A stretch of DNA of 63,723 nt, filler included, from Olpidium bornovanus S191 (taxonomy: Eukaryota; Fungi; Olpidiomycota), in NCBI GenBank assembly GCA_017911155.1. It is 27 parts of 27 records of this genome, joined end to end, with 100 filler letters (N's around TTAATTAATTAA, not from the genome) between each part and the next. Parts side by side here need not be neighbours in the genome. Positions count along the whole stretch, not along the records: positions 45,886 to 47,077 come from JAEFCI010011012.1; positions 47,178 to 54,197 come from JAEFCI010001544.1; positions 54,298 to 55,403 come from JAEFCI010012197.1; positions 55,504 to 57,308 come from JAEFCI010010864.1; positions 57,409 to 58,654 come from JAEFCI010005930.1; 22 more parts are not named here. One strand, written 5' to 3'. Positions within the stretch are counted from its first letter, which is position 1, and each line of letters starts with the position of its first letter. The translations under genes and the position numbers were made by a program. Below, one piece after another: positions 46,802 to 58,754 of the stretch. A model generated the notes under the pieces. The model made no database searches. It saw only the letters and a program-made list of their open reading frames with translations, and was not told where the DNA came from.

Positions 46802-46915
46802 TGTAGTGATACGTCCGAAGGAGGAAGGACGGTCGGAGTCTATTCGGTTGGCCCGGGGGGCCGATTGGTTATATAGATACAGGTCACGTGCCAGTCGACG
46901 TCGAGGCACACTACA
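46802..46915 (-). mobile_element. Short (114-bp) LTR, copy 2
   Basis: Minus strand reads TGTAGTG...GACGTCGACTGGCACGTGACCTGTATCTATATA...CACTACA, then AAG-TGGGGAATCCGAAGAAGAACCATCC. Confidence 0.75.
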
Positions 46916-47191
46916 TGCTCTTTGCCCGCTTCTTCTTATTGTTTGGGCCCCCAATCGAGGGGGGGCCCAAGTACGTAAACCCCTGGTGCCCCCCTCTTCT
47001 AATCAATTAGCTACACATCGTGGAGCTCTGCTCCCTCAGAGATAGCGCCAGGGTTACCCCTGATACTTGTCAAGGAANNNNNNNNNNNNNNNNNNNNNNN
47101 NNNNNNNNNNNNNNNNNNNNNTTAATTAATTAANNNNNNNNNNNNNNNNNNNNNNNNNNNNNNNNNNNNNNNNNNNNCTCCTTTTTTTTTT

Positions 47192-47232
<41 letters not shown>

Positions 47233-48578
47233 CCCTCTATCGGCCGCTCGTAGGCGAGGGGTTGCGGCGCCCGGGTCGGCCTTTTTCCGCTAGCAACGGT
47301 AGCCACGGGCGGGGGGTTCTGCACGCGCGCCGCCGGTTGCTACGGCCGCCTGACGCAAACAAAACGTCCGGTTGCCAACGTGAAACGCGGGGCACCGGGC
47401 CCGTTTCCGGGTTACGGGCCCTCGCGACTGCTTTGAACCTCGCGGCAACATCGCTTTCGCCGACTGCCAGACCGAGCGGGCCGGGCCGACCCGCGTTCCG
47501 CGCAGCGGTCAACAGCCGCGTTACTGATCGCCGGCCGTCGAAACGCCGCGACAAATCCCGGCGAAAGTTCGCGGCCGACTTTTCGACGTCTGGCCCAGTC
47601 CTGCCCGACGCGGAAAAGCCGAGGCCCTAGGAGTAGCGACCGTAAGACGAGGTCCGCGGGCCGAACGCGACAAGTTCGCACGTGTTACAACCGGGACAAA
47701 CCCAGATGCTTTGCGCCAACGTTCTTTGAATTACGGTTGACGACACCACTATCGCCGTGCAGCCACGGCCGAGGAAGAAGAGGTCGCGGGCAATAACACG
47801 TTCCACCACGCACTGCTGGCTGAGAAGGTAGCGCTGGATGTCCTCGCTTCCTGACGCAGACAAGTCGGCGCCAGAAAACAGGAAAATCTGTCTTTCAACT
47901 TTAGAGGTTTTGACCTCATCTCACAGACACCCTCCGAGACAACAGCCGATACGTGTGCTGAAAGAAGAGCATCTCAAGCCTCCGCCTGACGGAAGAGCGA
48001 GCCGAATAACGGTACAGAGTAACGTGTTGTTTGCTCCAGCAAACGTGTGCACCATAGCTACTCGCCGACGGATAGGCCGTCCGATTTGGGGGAGTTGACA
48101 GGAGGCGTTGGAAATACGGCGAAATGGCAAGAAGGGGCCGGCTAGCAGTGCAACTAGCGACGCGTGTAGTGCGTGAAGCCTTACATCGTCCAAAATGGGA
48201 GAGCACGTAATAAGAAGAAAAGTGCGGAAATGTCGCCTCAGAAGTTCCCAGGGCTGACGACGCGCATCTTGCGGGAGCGTGGGAAGTCACGCCTTCAAAA
48301 GGATGTGGGTTCCCTCACGCGTCCCAGGTGATTTAGTCAGTGACTCAACGCACCTGTTGACCAAACTTCACATGTCCGGTCGCGACTGGGTCGCTGACCG
48401 GCCTTTTAAAGCGGAATCTCGGTCCGTTTCAAAATGCTGCACGAAAATAAACGGCACGCTGCGTGGAAAGTACCCTCGGGAGATCACCCGATAACTTGCG
48501 AAGCGCCAAAAAGTGGAACCCGTCCACAAACGTCACGACGCGAGCCCAAACGGCCGCTCACGTAACCCATGCCGCCTT

Positions 48579-50650
48579 TCAGGCGGCGAAGACGATTAAC
48601 AGGATGGCGGTCACGAGCAGAGCGAAAACGAGGAAGATGGTGCACAGCAACGCGCGCGATCGCTTCTGGTGCCCGCTCGCTCTCGTAAGCTCCTCAACGG
48701 CATTACGCACGTTGACGCCAATATTCAAGCCGTTGGTCTCGATGTTGTCTACTGGGGGCAACGTGCGCGTCGAAGCGGCACATGAGGGAGCAAATAATAC
48801 GCAAACCATCAATACGAACGCCGCCCGGTCTCAAAGATCGACGGAACTCGAGCAAAAAAAAAAAAAATAAAAATAAAAATAAAAAAAATAAAAAAAAAAA
48901 AAATAAAAAAAAAGTTTTGTGGCGGCCAAAACTGAAACGAACGGTTAGGGAGCAGGAAAAAAAAAAAAGAAAAATTGTTTTACGTGGAAGAAAGCGCCCG
49001 TAAATACGGTTATTGGTCCAAACATATCTATCAATGAACCCTGCTGGCCGGTGATCCTGCTCAACTCGTTGAAGACGCCGTTAAGCTCGGCTATGCCTTG
49101 TGATACGTTCTGGATCTCCCGCTCGCGTTCCTCTATGATCGCCTCGTTGTAGTCAACCTCGTTCTCGAGCGGTTGCAGTTGGAGTCTTTTTACCCAACAG
49201 CCCCAGGCAAAAGGTAAGATATGATTCATCGTCGCCGCGCGCCCATGTTTCACAACGTACAGTCGACGCACTTCACCTCTGTTCGGGACGAACTAACAAC
49301 TTAACTCTGCGTGCTGATGATCGCCATCGCTAAACTCACGCAAATACGCCAAACGGAATGAGATACGCCGGCTTTTGAAAGTTGGCGCGGAACACGCGAA
49401 GGTGTTTGACGCGGAACTCACTACTGATCATTCCTGACTGCATGCGCCTTGGACACCGCGACGCACAGCCTGGTCCTCTCTGCTGACCGGCGTTGTGCGA
49501 TCTGGAACTGCTCGACCGTGCGCGGAAAGTCGCGTGATAGTTTCTGCTGTTCCATTTTTCGTTGCCGCTGAAACCAAATCGGGGATGGTGCGGAAGGTGG
49601 GGGAGGCGGTGGGGAACGGAAACCCCTTTAAACCCGCCGTGTTCAAACGACAACAGCGTTCAGGCTGAGAGCTTAGTCTTCCCACGTTATCGGCACCGGG
49701 CTCGTTCACCAGGACGGTCAAAGACTGATGCGCTCCGTCGTCCGTTTGACGACGGAGCGCGTGGACTCCGTGACTTCGTGCCTGCAAAAGCGCGCAAGGC
49801 TCCGTCTCAGCGAAACAGGAACCTTATTTCTTGCATGCCGGGGCCCATCGCGACTTTGTTGGGTCGCCGACCATGCAGTTGATCTCGGGTTTCCTGCGTG
49901 CCCCTCGCTGTGCCGAGGTGACCCGCCAGCCTGTCGATGACAGCAGTGCTGTTCGTCGCCCTGAACACGAGCTGCCCCACCAAGTCCGAGGACTCGGCGT
50001 CGGTGAGTTCTTTCGCGATCTCTGCTGGGAAAACGAGCGCAGGGAGCGGACGGTCAGCAGAGCCCCTCGCCAGGTTCGTCTCGGCTTTGACGTTCAGAGG
50101 CGATCGCGGCTCTCTGAGACGCAGGTGGAACGAGAGTTTCCTTTCACTTTGCTCTCCGAAACTGGCGGAGATCTCGGCACTTGGCCAGGCATTCCCGTCT
50201 GACGAGTGTGCGCAACTCTGAGGCAGCAGAGCAAAGTACACGGCTTCTGGTGCATCGCCCAGCCGGCAGCTCAACGCCGGTGCATGCCCCACCGACGGCA
50301 AAACCGGCAGAATTCCCGCAAGATACCATCGACACTCCGAGAAACGATCCGCGGAAACGTTTTTTTTTTCCAGGTGGAGCTGAAACTGTCACTTTCAGGA
50401 CTTTACGCATTCCCCGAGCCGTCCTCCCCACTCCCCTGCCCTTTCCCGCCGCTCACCGGCCATACCGTTAGCAGGAAGGGCAGCAGGTAACAACGGCGAC
50501 GATCCGACGTGGGCAGCGCCCGCAACGGTGCTGAGGGGCGACGGCCGCTGCCCGCCGGGCCGGGGGACGGTGTCCCCAACCCCAAAAAAACTCCCTCGTT
50601 CGCGGCGACCTCTTCGGGCTGGCGCCGCGCTGCAGATCGCTGAACGACAT
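48579..50650 (-). CDS. PEP12: Pep12/Vam3/syntaxin-7-like Qa-SNARE
   Basis: MSFSDLQRG start; LAGHLGTARGTQETRDQL; QQKLSRDF..FQIAQRRSAE; NEAIIEEREREIQNVSQGIAELNGVFNELSRITGQQGSLID; DNIETN...AVEELTRASGHQKRSR; C-terminal TM. Confidence 0.88.
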
Positions 50651-51243
50651 CACCGTCCCGTACGGACTCGCACGCTTCAACTGCCGAAAAGAGGGGATTG
50701 AGGGCGGACCGCCGCCCCCTCGCGGGGTTTTTTATTTCTAACTTTCGCGCTGACCACCGGAAAACCAATCGGCAGGGCGAAAGGACAGAACAGAGCGCCG
50801 ATGTCAGCCGTCCGGCGGTGTGACGTTTCTTGAAAATTTTTTTTTTGTTGTTTTCGTTTTTTTTCTTTTTGCCGGCCGGGGAGAAACGGAGAGCGGACGG
50901 GAACCCCGGCATCTCCCGGGGAATTATTTTTCGTTCGCCGGCCGGACATCCGGAGGGGGAAAGGGAGAGGAGAGGGCCTCCCGCAGGTTCCAATGGCCTC
51001 TTCCGCTTCCCACGGCCACCAGAACTTAGTCCCGATGCCAGGCCCCTTTTCCCCCTCCGTGTTTTCTCTGCGCCCCGCGATGGGTTTTCTGCAGCGCACG
51101 CGCGCGAAATCCGCCTCGGCAACAACGGGAAGCGGGGGCGCCCGCCCGTGAAACGAGAGAACTTTTCTGCTCCTCGTCGCAGCCGCCGCCCGCCGGGCGG
51201 TGCGCGGGGATGTCACGTGACCAAACCTATCGGGTCCCCGACG

Positions 51244-51500
51244 ACGACGACGACTGGAAAGGAGCTCCTGCGAATAAGAGCTTGAAGCAGACTGCAAGCG
51301 ACATATCACCCGATGGAGTTTCCGTTTCTTGCGTGGCGAATTGCGAGCTCAAGAAGCTTCGCTCCCTGGTCATTTTCATTTGCCGCGTCAATCGCAGTTT
51401 CGTCCGGATCGGACTGCTTCTCGCCGAGATAATCAAAATACCGGGTTAAGGCTCCTCTCATCTCCAAGCCAGGTGCCGGTGGAGGACCATGGAAGTAACT
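51244..51500 (-). CDS. Candidate terminal exon of an unidentified small gene
   Basis: After acceptor AACAG, the frame reads YFHGPPPAPGLEMRGALTRYFDYLGEKQSDPDETAIDAANENDQGAKLLELAIRHARNGNSIG*. It lacks a start codon, so it is absent from the ORF track. Confidence 0.35.
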
Positions 51501-51841
51501 GTTTTGCAGGAGGCGTCACAGCCGAACGTCAGTTATTCCGCGAGTTGTGCAAGCGGAGACAGCAAGAAAAGAGAAAAAAAAACAGTATAAAAAGGAGGGG
51601 GTTGGTCGGTAGGCCATCACCACATGCCGATACAGTATATACCATACCAGTTCTGGCTATAGAAGGAGTACTTCAATTATAGATGAATTGCAGTATATAC
51701 TTGTACTATTTAGGATATGTTTATATTTATCACTAATCAGCACATTCGACAACATCGCCGGGTGTCCACAACCAACAGTCGGTTGCCACATTAGGTTGGC
51801 CGGGGAGCTGCGGGGGTTTTGCGCCGTCACGCAGCCGGTGG

Positions 51842-51877
<36 letters not shown>

Positions 51878-52353
51878 CCTTGCCTTTTGCGGCGGGCGGA
51901 GGTCCCCCGGCGGCCGGCCAGGCACCGTGAAAAAAAAAAAAAACGACGCCGCTGCAACGTCTCAGAGACCTTCCCCCGCCGCCTACCGCTCGCCGCAACG
52001 TCACAGACACCACCGCTGCCGACCGACGCGACTCGGCTCTTTGCCCGCCAGTACCGGCCTCCCGGGTCCCGTCAGTGCACGTCAGGTATCTGCCCGTCAC
52101 CCCGGACTCGGCTGCGCCGGATTCCTCCTTTTCCGAAGACGCCGCCGACAAGTCGTCGGCGGCGAGCACTAGGCGGGAAAGGAGAGGCGTGGAGGCGGGG
52201 AAGGAGGTTCGTATACGTAAAACTCTCTTGCCAGAGGCCGTGGCACACCGGTTTCAACGAGTCCCACGCAGCCCGCAGAATCGTCGTCTGATCCTTCTGC
52301 GCCCGTTGTGCTTCCAACCATCGCCACCCCAGTCAAGTCGGGGATACCGGAGG

Positions 52354-54197
52354 ATGCCCGAAGAAGCCGAGCGCCAGGTGTACCGGGCACACCTTGAATA
52401 TGCTGCTCGCAAGGACGAGGTGGGCGTTGCCGAGAAAGTCGGCGCATCAGGCTCCCGGGGGCGTGTTCATCTGCATGCCATGCCGCCTTCTTCCGCGGCT
52501 GCGGGGGTTGCGACTTTTGTCAACCCAGGGCGGAGTCCGCGCGATCTTATGTTTCCTTCTGTTTGCAACCTTGTGCGTAGCTCTCGCTTGCCGTGGGCGA
52601 CCTGATCGAGGTCACCGACAAGTCAGACCCAGGTGCGCATTGTAGTCTGAACTTCGTGGGGACAGCGATGACCGCGTTCCATAACGAAAGAAAGCCGCGC
52701 CCTCTGCTACATGACGCAGGATGGTGGCTGGGGAAAAAAATCCAGACAAACGAGTCCGGCTGGTTCCCAAGTAATGTGAGACCGAACCTTGGGTCGTAAA
52801 ACTCCGGCTAACGGAACGAAGATTGCGTGCGGCTGATCTGCATTGCGCGCCGCTCGGCGATTTCCTGCGTATGCCGAAAGTATGTTGAGCACGTGGTGGA
52901 AGACGGCGATGTGCCCAAACCGAAGGGGCCCCCGGCGCCCTCCAGCCTCGGTAAGACAAACCGCCACAAGACAAGTCGCGGGTGGTATAGAGCGGCTGTC
53001 TGTTAACCGCAACCACCGGTATACTCAGTCCTTGCGCGTGCCGAGCACGACTACGAGGCTCAGGCGCCCGACGAATTGACGCTCACTAAAGGGGCAATTT
53101 TGTCGGTCCTTGAAAAGTACGACGGTTGGTGGAAGGGCGATCTGAACGGATCCGTGGGAATGTTCCCCGCAAATGTAAGCAACAAAGCTATACCGAGTGG
53201 TGAACGGACGGTTTGCCGAAGCGTGGAACCGTTTCCGTGCGCGGCATCTAACTATCCGCCGGTTTGGATCGTCGCCGACACGCCTACTTGCCGTCTGCAG
53301 TTTGTAACAATCATTGGACCTGACGACAACACACCCGAAGGTGGCGACCGTAAGTGAGAAGCAGTCAGTATTCCCCTTGCCGCTTAACCCCTGAACCCAC
53401 TGACGAAATAGTCGGCGGATTGCAGAGCCGAAAGCCTTCAAGCTCGCCGCGTACGGCGTGAAGCAGGGAGGCATCGGCAGCCTTTTCGCCGGCGGTGTGC
53501 CGATGCTCAAGAAGAAGTCCTCCGGAACGAAAGAAACACCCAGCGCTAATCCCCCCACGCAAGAAGCGCCGGCCGTCTCCAAAGCTAATCCGCCGCTTCC
53601 AGCCAATCAGCCTTTGCCACCTCCAGACTGCGCTCCAGAACTGCCGCCTTCCGCAGACGGTGGGTATTTACGGGATAATTCCCGCATATGGGATCGCACG
53701 GCCGGTCTGCTGATTCAAATAGTTGTATTGGTGTAGAGGTCGTTCTCAGGGTTGTTTGCAACTTCGACTTCAAGGCAACAAACCCTGGTAAGCGCGATTA
53801 CTCTTCGGCGGCATCGCTCTCCGCGTTGCCAGAATCCGGTCTAATGCGATTGTGCGCACAGACGAACTAGACTTAACGAAAGGGACGCTAATCGATGTCT
53901 TCGACACCCGTGCGGACGAGGGCTGGTATCGCGGGCGCACTGAGAACGGGCAAGTTGGCCTTTTCCCGGCGAACTTCGTTTCTGAGGTGGCGATCCAGGC
54001 GCCGGCTCTTCCGCCGGGCCGGCCCAAGTCCGCCATTGCAAGCCAAGCGAAGCAGCAGCTGCCGCCGCAGCAGGCCGAGAAAAATCTTCCGCCCGTTCTT
54101 GCGACCGTTTGCAACCGACCGCCTGTCGGCTCAGCCAGGTCTGGACTCGAGAACGCGGGCGCCGGCCCGTCGCCAGACACGGGAGGCAGAGCACAGC
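52354..54197 (+). CDS. Triple-SH3 adaptor (CIN85/CD2AP-like architecture), 3' partial
   Basis: Three spliced SH3 domains (YRAHLEY..WWLG..GWFPSN; HDYEAQAPDELTL..GWWKGDLNGSVGMFPAN; FDFKATNP-DELDL..GWYRG..GLFPANFV) with Pro-rich linkers. Confidence 0.88.
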
Positions 54198-54339
54198 NNN
54201 NNNNNNNNNNNNNNNNNNNNNNNNNNNNNNNNNNNNNNNNNTTAATTAATTAANNNNNNNNNNNNNNNNNNNNNNNNNNNNNNNNNNNNNNNNNNNNCAC
54301 GCCCAGCGCGAGAGAAAAAAGCGAAAGGAGGGAAACCGC

Positions 54340-55245
54340 ATTTACCGGGATCGGCAATTCCAGCAACAGGTTGCGCTCCTCGCCGCTCTGCGCCCCGCCC
54401 CACGTGCTCTTCGGCGCGGCCACCTTGGTGATGAGCTTCTTTGCGAACACGATGGGCCGCACCTTGTCGTCGTCCTTGCGGGTAAACGTGCTCAGCCGCC
54501 GGACCAGAAGCACCGCGACGTCGGCGACCCTCTTCTTCGTCGGGTTCCGGACGGCCACCTCGACGTACAGCGGCGACCCGGCCACCCACAGCGTCTTGTG
54601 GATCCGGCACTCGACGTGGAGTTTGCTTTTGCCGCCCATGAACAGGCGCTGGGCCGCGGTCCCGCTTTTCGCCTCGGTGATCAGCTGGTCCGCCGGGATC
54701 GCTTCGAGGAAGGTGGTTTCCCGGCTCGCTTTCAGCACGTGCTTGCGCGAGGTCAACGGATCTTTGATGTGAACCGAGCTGGGCGGGAAAGATCGCGGCG
54801 GACGGATTCCCGTTTCGGAAGTCCAAAAGAAAGAAAAAATTGCGGCAGTTGGAAACCGTTCGGGAGTCACCAAAAAAAAAACAAACGGCATGGAAGAGTC
54901 GTTCGAGAGGAGCGGACGACGACAGGACCAAAAACGGGTAGAATGCTTTTTTCCGCACCATGATACGATGTAGCGAATGGACGCCCATTTGCTCATGAAG
55001 GAGCTTGGGATGCCCTCGTTGGCCACGATCTGCCAGTCGAAGGCCGTGCGGCCCTTGGCCGCGTCGTAATAGCCCTCCGCGTCGGGCTTGGCGCCGACGA
55101 CGATGGCCTCGCACGGCGGCGTTGTTTCGTCCTGTATGACGAAGTTCTTGACCATGAAAACCCTGTGTTGCGACGAATCCGTTTTGCTCTTGGTGTCGAC
55201 GATGGCTGCAAGTAGCATTTGTGGGCGGGAACACTCTCTCTTCAA
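54340..55245 (-). CDS. Arrestin-fold protein, partial
   Basis: GYYDAAKGRTAF...IPSSF...IRYIVS and LWVAGSPLYVEVAVRNPTKKRVADVAVLLVRR (arrestin-C-like). Confidence 0.75.
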
Positions 55246-55659
55246 AATGCGGCGTGGGGCGACCGTGCGAATTCCACCGGTTCATGAAACCAAGGACTAA
55301 CCTTCGAACCCGACCAGCTCGATCTGACGTTACGGCGAGGGGGCGTTCGCAAAGAGGAAAAATAAAGAGGGAGAGAGAAAGAAAGAGAAGATGCGTGACA
55401 GAANNNNNNNNNNNNNNNNNNNNNNNNNNNNNNNNNNNNNNNNNNNNTTAATTAATTAANNNNNNNNNNNNNNNNNNNNNNNNNNNNNNNNNNNNNNNNN
55501 NNNAACCCCCCCCCCCCCCCCCCTTCTTCCCGGGGACGGGAATGCCGAATCCGCGGCCGTTATCCCCCATTTTCGCGTCGCATAAAAAAACCCCTTACCG
55601 TGCCGACGATGAACGGAACTTCCCTGGCGCTCGCGTACGTTTGCTTCGCGTAGTTCCCG

Positions 55660-55691
<32 letters not shown>

Positions 55692-55849
55692 CGTCTGGGC
55701 GCGCTGCTGCTCGGGCTCCTGGTCCCGCCCGTTCGACGCCGATTTCGGCCGAGCGGCGGACCGTTTCCGCGGGCGTTCAGGCGCGTCCGTTTTCCGCCAC
55801 ATCGTCGACTGACGATCCCGCGCCTGCGGTTCTTCGGGCTGCCGCTGAT

Positions 55850-57308
55850 AAAAAGAAGAAAGAAAAAAAAAAACAGACAAGAAAACGGTCTCTTACTCTT
55901 GGCAAAACGGTTTCGAAAGACTGGGAAAAAAAACACCCCCCCCTCGTCCGATACACACACTCACCTGCGCCGCCGTCGCCCGCTCGGTCGGGGTAGGATC
56001 TGGAGGCGGCGCCGCGGCCTCGCGGATCGATCGGACGCCCCCTCGCGCGTCGCTTTCCGCGGGTTGCTGTCGGCGGCGCCGTTCCGCCCGCCCTTCCTCC
56101 CGCGCTTCCTCTTCGAAACCGCCTTCCGGCAGATCTTTTCTCCTCTCCTGCCTCCCGCGCTCGCGCTCGCGAAGAATCATTTCCCGCAAGCGTGCCGCCT
56201 GCTCCTTCTGCAAGTTTGCCGCGGTGTCAGCCGTTTGCGGGCACGTCCGAAGCACGCCAAAGGGCGAAAATGGAAGAGATGCGAGGATGAAGCGCGCCGG
56301 GTCGGTGAGAACCCCTCCCCGCCTTCATCCCCCTTCCCAATCTCCTCCCTTACCGTCAGCGACAACTTGGGTCTACCTGCCCTAGACCTTCGTCCTTCCT
56401 CGATCTCGCGCTCCAGCAGGCTGACCATGTCCGCCTTTAAATTGACAGGCTCGCGTTAGTACTTTTTTTTTCCGACACGGCGGACTGGACGTCCCTCGGC
56501 TGCTCGGTGCGCAAAAATAAAAAAAGGGTACCTCGACGCCGGCGTGCCGGGTCCCGGAACCGTCGCCCTCACGTCGCTGGAGGCCTTCGCGGCGCGCCCG
56601 GCTCCCTTCCGCTACCGGCGGGTCCTGCGAGTGTTTGCTCCTCTTTGCCTTCTCCTCGTAGGCCGCCGCCCCGTCGGTCTCCGTCGCCGCCTCCTTCCGC
56701 CCGGCAGACGTTCCCCGGCCGGGTTTCGCGTTCCGCGCCTGCTCTTGGTGTTCGGTTTCTGTTCCCTTTTCGCTTGAGACTTGTGCGGGCCGCGGCTCGA
56801 AGTCCGTCGCCGTGGCGGCGTCAACGCGGTCAGGCGAGAGTCGATGGCGCAGTTGATTAAACGCCTGCTGATTCTCCTGCTGTTCAATCAGCTGCAGCCT
56901 CTCCTGCTGCTCGAGCTGCTGCCGCCTCTGCAGCCTCTCCTGTTGCTCCAGCTGCTGCTGCTGCTGTATCTGCATTTGCAGCTGCTGCACCTGCTGCTCG
57001 AGTTGCCGCTGCTGCCTCCTGTACTCCCCAAGCTGCTCCTCCTGATACCTGTTCTCATCTGCTCGGCGGGCCCTCTGGCGCAGCTCCTCTTCCGCCTGGA
57101 TACCGTTGCTGTTGTGCTGCTTCGGCGCCTGCTGCAGTTGCTGCTGCTGCTGGATCTGCGACTGGAGCTCCATCACCTGCTGCTCCAGCCGACGCTGCTC
57201 CCACCGGTACTTTTCCAGCCTCTCCTCGTGCCTGCGGTGCTCCGCCTGCCGCGCAGCTCGCCGCCGCTCCTCAACCTCCAGGTGCTCCAGCTGGCGGGCC
57301 CTCGCATG
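55850..57308 (-). CDS. Gln/Glu/Arg-rich coiled-coil protein fragment
   Basis: Long QQQ/EQQER heptad-like exon plus downstream exons (DMVSLLEREIEEG; QKEQAARLREMILRERE). Confidence 0.55.
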
Positions 57309-57814
57309 NNNNNNNNNNNNNNNNNNNNNNNNNNNNNNNNNNNNNNNNNNNNTTAATTAATTAANNNNNNNNNNNNNNNNNNNNNNNNNNNNNNNNNNNN
57401 NNNNNNNNACGTGTGTTGTCGGCCGAAAAAAATCCCACTCCACCAATCAGCAGCCCGAAGGAAAGTGCCAAATGGTAGGAGAGGGAAATGACAATAAAAA
57501 AGCAAAAGAGTAACGTAAAATGAGTCATGTAGTTTAAGATTGCGCCAAACTCGAGAGCTGGTTTGCGAAAAGGAGAATTAGCGCCCCCGGATAGCGTTAA
57601 ACAGCAAAGATGTGAGTAAATATCGCCGTCCTGACCGAGGAAAGGGGAGAGAATGAGCGTGAAGGATAGGAAAGTGGATAGCGAAATTCTCCTTGGTTCG
57701 GCAATTTGTCGGCTGCGCAGTTAAAAAGGAAGTAGGGCAAGGTGCAGCGGAGGACAACCTTCGTAAGAAAAAAGAAAAAGGAGAAAAAAAAATGAAACGG
57801 CCAGCGCATCTGGT

Positions 57815-58370
57815 TCAGTCAATGACAATGACTTCTTCACTCTTCCACTTCTTCGACGTTTTCGACAGCGACCAGTTGGTCAATTTTCCGTGCCGGTCGA
57901 TCTCGGCGTGGTTGCCGGGGACGACGCCGAGCAGGCGTTCGGTCAGGCCGTCTTCGACAAGCCAGCCCAGGTTGAACGGCTCGTTGCACAGTGGGCACTG
58001 TTTCAGTGGCCTAGCCCTGTGCATCGCCTGCACCGAGTCGCAGTCGAAGGTTTGCAAATGCTGGAAGAGAGGAGCATCCCACGGTGGATTGAACGAATCA
58101 TCAGCAGAAATGAGGCCGGAGCATCGAGGTGATGCAAGCTAGGGAAACTCGTGGGTTGCATTGCCTTTTGGCAAAGGGGATAACGCACCCGGCAATTCTT
58201 CAGCCGCACGGGAACCTGCATCCGTACTCCGGATAACGGGCATATCAAACATATGCGAACAGATTGGTTGCAGATGAACAGCTCATCATATTTGTTACTC
58301 GCAAAAGTTGCCGAGACTAATATGGGAACCAGAACATCGTCAGCTCCTGTATCGCCGTGCAGGTGCACTT
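57815..58370 (-). CDS. SP-RING (zf-MIZ; Siz/PIAS-like SUMO E3) C-terminal region
   Basis: ICLICPLSGVRMQVPVRLKNCR | intron 58188-58061 | HLQTFD...KQCPLC...LVEDGLTERLL, ending in SIM-like EEVIVID*. Confidence 0.8.
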
Positions 58371-58754
58371 TCCCCTCCCACTCCCCTCTCCAGCCAGGGC
58401 CTCCGACACTCACGCAAGTCCTCGCTATCAGTCGTGGGCAAGACCAGCCTGATTTTCGCCGCGGGACGGACCGGCCCGCCGTTTGAGCGTTTAGGACCTT
58501 GCGCATATCCCGTTGTTTGCGGGGCCAGTCCGCCATGACCTTTGCCCAACACCATTGCGGAAGCCGACGGGCCAAACGTCCCCACTTTTGAAGGCGGCTG
58601 CAGTTCCTGAGAGGTAATCGGCGCCCGTTGGACTTGCGGGTTCCGGTTGTGAGTNNNNNNNNNNNNNNNNNNNNNNNNNNNNNNNNNNNNNNNNNNNNTT
58701 AATTAATTAANNNNNNNNNNNNNNNNNNNNNNNNNNNNNNNNNNNNNNNNNNNN

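Noticed and set aside
47627-48290. BTB domain suggested by LLAISPYFQRLL
   Set aside because: Only one short motif, and no consistent exon model could be built.
42605-54197. Apparent membrane-trafficking cluster (SYN8, PSD2, PEP12, SH3 adaptor, arrestin next door)
   Set aside because: The genes lie on different contigs separated by artificial spacers. Only PEP12 and the SH3 gene are truly adjacent.
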